Below, piece by piece: positions 26,489 through 32,000 of a stretch of DNA of 32,000 bases. The position numbers were made by a program, and so were the translations under genes. Origin of the DNA: Erysipelotrichaceae bacterium (GTDB lineage Bacteria > Bacillota_I > Bacilli_A > Erysipelotrichales > Erysipelotrichaceae); the NCBI GenBank assembly GCA_030604855.1, contig JAUVVC010000011.1, positions 1-32,000 of the forward strand, given 5' to 3'. Position 1 is the stretch's first letter. Each line of letters begins with the position of its first letter. The notes under the pieces were generated by a model. That model was given only the letters and a program-made list of their open reading frames with translations, was not told the DNA's origin and did no database searches.

Positions 26489-27301
26489 CTAAACTGTGAA
26501 CTTGTCACGAAACATTGGCAGGATACCCTTAAGCAGAACCAAACCAATCATCGTGTTGACGACAATCATCACAACCGCTTTGATCAATCGGACCGAGACA
26601 CTTACAATGAAGGGAATGCCGTACATGACATCCAACCATAAGGGCGTAAGCATCAATTGCACGATCATTTCCACAAGAATCAAAGCCAATATCCACAAGA
26701 AAGCATAGCGGTTCTTCTGATGTTTGAGAATGATGTTCAAACTGATCAATAAACCACTCATCAAGACGATCACCAGCGCGGAAAGAACAAACTTGATTTC
26801 CAAGCCAACCGCAATCATGTTTTCATCCACTTTGATCTGATTCGTTGAGAAAACATAAAACATCGCAAGCATCGAAATCAACACGATCGCAATCGTTGGC
26901 CACATGCGAGTATAACGATCATCATTCTTAACAAGTTTCACCACCAGACCTGGGATGAAGCCTACCAATACCTTATTCAAAGTGAAGCCAAAGAACGGGA
27001 AAGCGATCGTCCCCGTCAGAAGCTCCAAGACATCTGCCAACAAACCGCCTACGAACCCCCAAAACGGTCCAAACACAAAACCAATGAACATCAAAGGAAT
27101 CTGTGAGAAACCAATCTTAAGCGATGGGAAGCCGAAAAGTGGAATCATCCAGGACAGTAGGGCCAAAACCACACTGATGCCAACCAATAAACTAACCATG
27201 ACCAAGGTCTTGAGTTCAATTCTTGGTTGACTGATTTTAAAGCTGATGAATGCGATTAAGACGATGGCAAGCACACTTGCGATTTGACTGAATAGAATCA
27301 T
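26489..27301 (-). CDS. folT: ECF-transporter S component, FolT-like (enlarged, 270 aa)
   Basis: Polytopic. The KIGFSQIPLMFIGFVFGPFWGFVGGLLADVL...FFGFTL pattern resembles folate S components as I recall them. Its ATG overlaps the folC stop (ATGA, 27298-27301). No ecfA/ecfT genes are in the window. Confidence 0.5.
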   Translation of the reverse strand: MILFSQIASVLAIVLIAFISFKISQPRIELKTLVMVSLLVGISVVLALLSWMIPLFGFPSLKIGFSQIPLMFIGFVFGPFWGFVGGLLADVLELLTGTIAFPFFGFTLNKVLVGFIPGLVVKLVKNDDRYTRMWPTIAIVLISMLAMFYVFSTNQIKVDENMIAVGLEIKFVLSALVIVLMSGLLISLNIILKHQKNRYAFLWILALILVEMIVQLMLTPLWLDVMYGIPFIVSVSVRLIKAVVMIVVNTMIGLVLLKGILPMFRDKFTV

Positions 27302-28539
27302 GGTTTCACTCCTAGGATCTTAGGTAAGATCAATTGTCGAACTTGTGAGATGAAATACAATGAACCGGTGATCAGACAGGTTCCATTTTGACTGAGATCA
27401 ATTCCTTTTTGAATCGCCTCATGATTATTTTGAATCGCCAAGACATTGCCATGACTGAGTTTATCTAAACTCGCAGCTCGATAGAAATCAAACTCGGTTA
27501 CGATCACCTCATCCGCAATGCTTAATAAATCATCCAACATGACATCGGTTTCTTTATCTCGCAAGGCAGAGAACACGATTACCAAAGGTTTCGGTAAATA
27601 TTGAGCACTTTCAATCAAGGCTGAAATACCATGCGTATTGTGTGCACCATCGATGATGATATGTGGATTTGTGGAGACCAACTCAAAGCGACCCTTCCAT
27701 TGTGTGTCTTTTAGACCATTGATGATATCGTCATCATTGATCTCAAAATAGTTTGAAAGATAGCGAGCTCCTTCAATGGCTAAACTGGCATTCTTGACTT
27801 GATAAAGCGCCGATGTATTCAAATGAATCGATAAGTTATCATAATTAAACCTTATTCCATACTTAAGTTCGATGTTTCGAGCTTCTTTAATGGTATTGAA
27901 CTTCGCATTGCGTTCAGTACAGATCTGTTTGAAAACATCTAAACACTCCGGCTTATCTTCTGATGTATAAAGGGGAACGCCCTCTTTCACAATCCCAGCT
28001 TTTTCCATACTGATCAGTGCAAGTGTATCGCCTAAGATATCCATATGATCAAAACCAATCGTTGTGATCAAACTAATCATTGGAATAATGACATTCGTCG
28101 CATCCAAACGTCCACCTAAACCCACTTCAAACAATGCGATATCCACATCTTGGTCCAAGAAGAAATGAATCGCAATGAGCGTATCAATCTCAAACATGGA
28201 AAGATTGTTTTCTTCAATCAATTTCGCAAAACGATTACCATAGTACAAAAGCTGTTCATCTGAAATGTAAACATCGTTGATACGAATACGATCGTTATGT
28301 ACTTCCAAATGAGGCGAAGTAAAGGTTCCCACCCTTAAGCCAGAGGCTTGCAAGATGGCTCTAAGGTAATTGGTCGTACTTCCTTTGCCATTGGTTCCAG
28401 CAATATGTACGGTTTTGAGTCGGTATTGCGGATTGCCTAAGCTTTCCAACAACGCCTTAAAATGATCGAGACTAAAGCGACCTTTGTTCATACGATTCGT
28501 TGTGTAATCAATGAAGGATTGGATGTCGTTGAATTTCAT
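27298..28539 (-). CDS. folC: Folylpolyglutamate synthase / dihydrofolate synthase
   Basis: Mur-ligase P-loop HIAGTNGKGST. The preferred ATG at 28539 overlaps the ung stop (ATGA). The ORF track begins 3 codons upstream at a GTG. Confidence 0.9.
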   Translation of the reverse strand: MKFNDIQSFIDYTTNRMNKGRFSLDHFKALLESLGNPQYRLKTVHIAGTNGKGSTTNYLRAILQASGLRVGTFTSPHLEVHNDRIRINDVYISDEQLLYYGNRFAKLIEENNLSMFEIDTLIAIHFFLDQDVDIALFEVGLGGRLDATNVIIPMISLITTIGFDHMDILGDTLALISMEKAGIVKEGVPLYTSEDKPECLDVFKQICTERNAKFNTIKEARNIELKYGIRFNYDNLSIHLNTSALYQVKNASLAIEGARYLSNYFEINDDDIINGLKDTQWKGRFELVSTNPHIIIDGAHNTHGISALIESAQYLPKPLVIVFSALRDKETDVMLDDLLSIADEVIVTEFDFYRAASLDKLSHGNVLAIQNNHEAIQKGIDLSQNGTCLITGSLYFISQVRQLILPKILGVKP

Positions 28540-29186
28540 AAACACCACACAATGGGATCCATCCCATTTTGAGTTAAAAATACATTTGCTTTGGAAAATG
28601 GTTTTGAGCCAAAGAAGCCTTGGTACGAAGACAAAGGTGAAGGATGCGGTGCTCTTAACACCAGATGCTTAGGATTGTTTAGAAAAGCTGCTTTTTGTTG
28701 AGCTTTGTTTCCCCAGAGAATAAAGACAATGGCTTGGTCCTGCGCATTCAGCACTTGAAGCACATGATCTGTAAATACATCCCAACCTATTTTTGAATGG
28801 GATAAGGGTTTACTCTCTTCCACACTCAAATACGTATTAAGTAGAAATACACCTTGTGTAGCCCAGTTCACTAAACTTCCACTCTTTGGCAATTCGCAAC
28901 CCATATCATCCACCAATTCCTTAAAGATATTGTTTAAGCTGGGCGGAAAAGGAATGCCGGGATTCACTGAGAAACACAAGCCATGAGCTTGATTCACTTG
29001 ATGATAAGGATCTTGACCCAGAATCACAACTTTGACTTGATCCAGTGGTGTATACGCAAACGCATTGAAGATATCCTTTTTTGGTGGATAAATTGTTTTC
29101 GTCGCATAAGCTTCTTTCAACTGTTCTGAAAGTTTTACGAAATAATCTTGTTTGAATTCAGCTGTTAAAAATTCTTCCCAACGCAT
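28536..29186 (-). CDS. ung: Uracil-DNA glycosylase (family 1)
   Basis: 216 aa, with GQDPYH and HPSPLS motifs. Confidence 0.93.
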   Translation of the reverse strand: MRWEEFLTAEFKQDYFVKLSEQLKEAYATKTIYPPKKDIFNAFAYTPLDQVKVVILGQDPYHQVNQAHGLCFSVNPGIPFPPSLNNIFKELVDDMGCELPKSGSLVNWATQGVFLLNTYLSVEESKPLSHSKIGWDVFTDHVLQVLNAQDQAIVFILWGNKAQQKAAFLNNPKHLVLRAPHPSPLSSYQGFFGSKPFSKANVFLTQNGMDPIVWCL

Positions 29187-29187
29187 A

Positions 29188-30396
29188 TCAAACCTGTTTC
29201 AAAGCATCTCGCTTGGTGTGGTAATTTCTAGCATAGACAACTAAGACGACAATCGCGACGGAACAAAACGTTACTGCCGCGATCAAAGAATACGGTTCTG
29301 GAAGGATGAATGACAAGGCAATCGTCATCGCCATACCCAATAAACGTCCCCCATTCAAGGCAAACTCTTTCGCAATGACCCGTCCGGTGATGTTTTCATG
29401 TTCGGTGTAATCTTGCATCGCATTCATCATGATGATATTGAAGGTGTTGGATACAAAAGGAATCGCCAAAGCATTGACCAGACCAAAATAGACCGCCCCA
29501 ATCAGATTGGGCACCAAGACCAACATCATCGTACTTGTAAACAACAACAGCGCGCCATAGAAATAGATTTGGATACGATTGTTACGTTGTATGACACGAC
29601 TTGCGATGGTATTGGCGATCAAGTTCAAGACCGCAAAGCCCGTCAATAAGTCACCGTATAAACTTCCCTTACCGCCCGTCGCATTATAAATCAAGATTCC
29701 GGTCATCACGATGAGCATGCTGTCACGCAAGCCAAAAATGAAATGACTGGTCATGACATAACGCCACTGGCTATCTTCTTTTAGGCTTAACTTATCCCAA
29801 ACCGTATACGTCTTTGTCTCGAAGAAGTTCTCGACACGTGTTGAGACAAAAGCCGCCAACATCTGTAAGACGATGACGATCCAGAAGATGCGAATATAAC
29901 CTTCTGTATCCGTGGTGGACAAACGTACGATCATCGTTGCCACAAAAGGTGCTACGATCGTCGATGCCGCATTGAAGATACCCATGGTTGAAATGAATTT
30001 AGCACGTGTCTCACGGGTTGAAACCTTAAGGTTCAATTTAACAATCGAGAACCAATACAACCCTTCACCCGAACCAATGATCAAACCAACCACATAGATT
30101 AACAGTATGCTATCCGCAAACAAATGATTAAACATCAACAAGTACCCCAAAGCACTGATGATGATGATCAAACCTGTCGTTAGAATCGTGGATAAAGACC
30201 ATTTACGTGAAATGATTCCCGCAATATAAAAACCCAAAGGAATCATGGTGAACCGAACCATCGCATAAGCTGTCATTGAATAGATGGATCCCGTAAACGC
30301 ATAGAGATAAACATTAACAAAAACAGCGGACATTGTGGCCGCTATAAAATAGATCGCATTGATTAATACCAATAATTTTTCATTCCGATTTAACAT
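29188..30396 (-). CDS. MFS-type permease, substrate unknown
   Basis: About 12 predicted hydrophobic segments and a loop AGIISRKWS after TM2. The preferred start is ATG 30396 (MLNRNEKLL); the ORF is open to 30462. Either start overlaps the upstream gene, which ends at 30380. Confidence 0.7.
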   Translation of the reverse strand: MLNRNEKLLVLINAIYFIAATMSAVFVNVYLYAFTGSIYSMTAYAMVRFTMIPLGFYIAGIISRKWSLSTILTTGLIIIISALGYLLMFNHLFADSILLIYVVGLIIGSGEGLYWFSIVKLNLKVSTRETRAKFISTMGIFNAASTIVAPFVATMIVRLSTTDTEGYIRIFWIVIVLQMLAAFVSTRVENFFETKTYTVWDKLSLKEDSQWRYVMTSHFIFGLRDSMLIVMTGILIYNATGGKGSLYGDLLTGFAVLNLIANTIASRVIQRNNRIQIYFYGALLLFTSTMMLVLVPNLIGAVYFGLVNALAIPFVSNTFNIIMMNAMQDYTEHENITGRVIAKEFALNGGRLLGMAMTIALSFILPEPYSLIAAVTFCSVAIVVLVVYARNYHTKRDALKQV

Positions 30397-31735
30397 CGAT
30401 TTTACCCTCGAACAATTTTGAATGTGCATTGACCCATTGGTCAGATAAGATTGCGAATTCAATTTGCGCTTCTCGTGGCGTCAGTTCCTTATTCCATAAA
30501 CGACGAACGACTTCCATCACATCTATATCATAATACAAAGCAAAAGCCAAATGTTGCGGATAGTCTTGAATGGCAATCAAAGGCTCACTGATCGATGCTT
30601 GATAGGCATACGCAAATTGCTTGCTTCGTTCATCTTTAAATTCAATCGTACTGAGTACATCTAAATTAGCAAGAGGAATATCCGTATGGGTATCCACATA
30701 AACTTGTAAGGCATCCGCTTTGCTTAAAAAAGACATGACTTCGTGCGCTAAACTTGGATATTGAACATCCTTACTCAAAACATAGCCTCTAATATCATGA
30801 AGCAGAGGTCGCAAAGGTTCCGTACTTGATTCCTCTGCCTTTGGAAACACCGACACAACCCATTCACTCGCATGCTTACCATCCCATTCATTGAGATACA
30901 TGAAGTTGGATGCTTGGCTAAAGACGAATTGATCATTTGCCATGACCAAGGGATAATCCCAAACATAATCTTCTGCTAAATTGGCATCGCTTTGTTCCCA
31001 ATTCACCGTGGATAAACGTTCAATAAACGTCAATGCATTGAGAAATTCTTCTTTCTCAATGCCAGGTTCAAAGGATGAGTAGTCTTCAAATAAGTGCCAA
31101 CCGTAGGCTGTTAAATAAGGATAGAACGAAAAACGATCATTCAAAGCTAAAACCAAACTATTGGGACTTTGAGATAAGGTTTCACTTTGCGCAAGTATCT
31201 TCTCAAACGATTCAAATTCATCATGCAGATAGTTATTATTCGCATCCACCCAAGGATAGCCCAATTCTTCCAACTTAGTTTTATTCGTCAAAAAGACGAA
31301 ACCTTCACCGGTATAAGCTAAAAAGCGTTTCCCTTCGACATTCAATTCAGAACTGATTTGATCCGGTCGATTGAACTCGAATCCACTCAATGCATAGAGT
31401 TGATCATACTGTAAAGCAGCCTCATGAACGCCAACATATTGAATATCCTTAGAACCTTCTTCTTCTATCAATAACGTTTTAAGACGATCCGGATGGTCAG
31501 GATAAGTTGTATTCCATAGCGTCTCTAAAGCTAGTCCATATTCCGCATTATCCACTTCCACGACTAAACTTGCGCCTTCTTCAAATTCATAGCGATTCAG
31601 CTCATCGTTATAACAAACCAGATCCTCTTCTAGATCACATTTACGTAATGCTTGTGTACCTAAAAATAAGCCCAACATGAGTGTAGAACTTATGAGAATC
31701 GCAAGTAAAATCAGGATCGATTTTTTCATCTTCAT
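30380..31735 (-). CDS. Membrane-anchored extracytoplasmic protein, possibly MalE-like solute-binding fold
   Basis: 451 aa. N-terminal anchor MKMKKSILILLAILISSTLMLGLFLG with no lipobox. GEGFVFLTNKTKLEELGYPW resembles the SBP family-1 YNK-dlfekaG region, and SFYPYLTAYGWHLFED resembles the pfl-a-GG-lf region. The fold assignment is by eye only. Confidence 0.35.
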   Translation of the reverse strand: MKMKKSILILLAILISSTLMLGLFLGTQALRKCDLEEDLVCYNDELNRYEFEEGASLVVEVDNAEYGLALETLWNTTYPDHPDRLKTLLIEEEGSKDIQYVGVHEAALQYDQLYALSGFEFNRPDQISSELNVEGKRFLAYTGEGFVFLTNKTKLEELGYPWVDANNNYLHDEFESFEKILAQSETLSQSPNSLVLALNDRFSFYPYLTAYGWHLFEDYSSFEPGIEKEEFLNALTFIERLSTVNWEQSDANLAEDYVWDYPLVMANDQFVFSQASNFMYLNEWDGKHASEWVVSVFPKAEESSTEPLRPLLHDIRGYVLSKDVQYPSLAHEVMSFLSKADALQVYVDTHTDIPLANLDVLSTIEFKDERSKQFAYAYQASISEPLIAIQDYPQHLAFALYYDIDVMEVVRRLWNKELTPREAQIEFAILSDQWVNAHSKLFEGKIDVKSE

Positions 31736-31885
31736 TAGTTTACCAAAACGCTTTCATAAGTTCAAACACTATCGTATCCATCCATATGTCAATTAACCCT
31801 TTAAGTAATCGATTACACCCTAATCTCTGGCTTTATCATTAACAACGTTTTAAGCTTTATGCTAGAATGAAACTGGAGGGAAACT

Positions 31886-32000
31886 ATGAGTACCAACTTA
31901 AACAAAATCAGAGAAGCACTCGCGAAACAGACGCAGAAGAACCATGAAATCTTCAACTATGCCATTCCAGACACCTGGTTGGCTTTTGATTATAAAGGTT
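31886..32000 (+). CDS. Partial ORF (N-terminus), function unknown
   Basis: ATG 31886 is preceded by GGAGGG. It translates MSTNLNKIREALAKQTQKNHEIFNYAIPDTWLAFDYKG... and is open to the window end. Confidence 0.5.
   Translation, partial: MSTNLNKIREALAKQTQKNHEIFNYAIPDTWLAFDYKG

Overview
The window comes from a Firmicutes-type chromosome using the standard genetic code; TGA is used as a stop (e.g. 28536-28538, 13525-13527). It has two compositional parts.

(1) Positions 1-6662 are an AT-rich accessory block. Spot counts of a few lines give roughly 25-43% GC here versus roughly 40-50% in the rest. It carries heavy-metal resistance genes: a CxxC thioredoxin-fold lipoprotein, cadC-cadA and merR-merA. 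It abuts the 3' end of the tmRNA gene ssrA (6663-7006, minus strand). A 47-bp direct repeat covers the last 14 nt of tmRNA plus its terminator. It occurs at 6630-6676 and again at 3771-3817, bracketing a 2.86-kb merR-merA module with no recombinase gene.

(2) Positions 6663-32000 are mostly minus-strand core genes:
- ssrA.
- A phosphonate-type ABC importer (phnD-phnC-phnE-phnE) with a second divergent PhnD paralog and a leaderless cytoplasmic metallophosphoesterase/5'-nucleotidase. The locus is unusually bracketed by two orphan cellobiose-family PTS EIIB genes.
- lemA and a DUF2207-like membrane protein with a poly-Gly tail.
- smpB-rnr-secG.
- eno-tpiA-pgk, with no gpmI or gap.
- glgC-glgD-glgA.
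- A FolT-like ECF S component, then folC and ung.
- An MFS permease whose gene overlaps a membrane-anchored, solute-binding-protein-like gene.

No rRNA, tRNA, CRISPR array or transposase/integrase ORF was recognised inside the window.

The best candidates for something undescribed are the integrase-less, att-bracketed mer cassette at ssrA, the EIIB-wired Phn-type ABC locus, and the SBP-like/MFS gene pair. All functional calls rest on motif recognition by eye, not on database searches.
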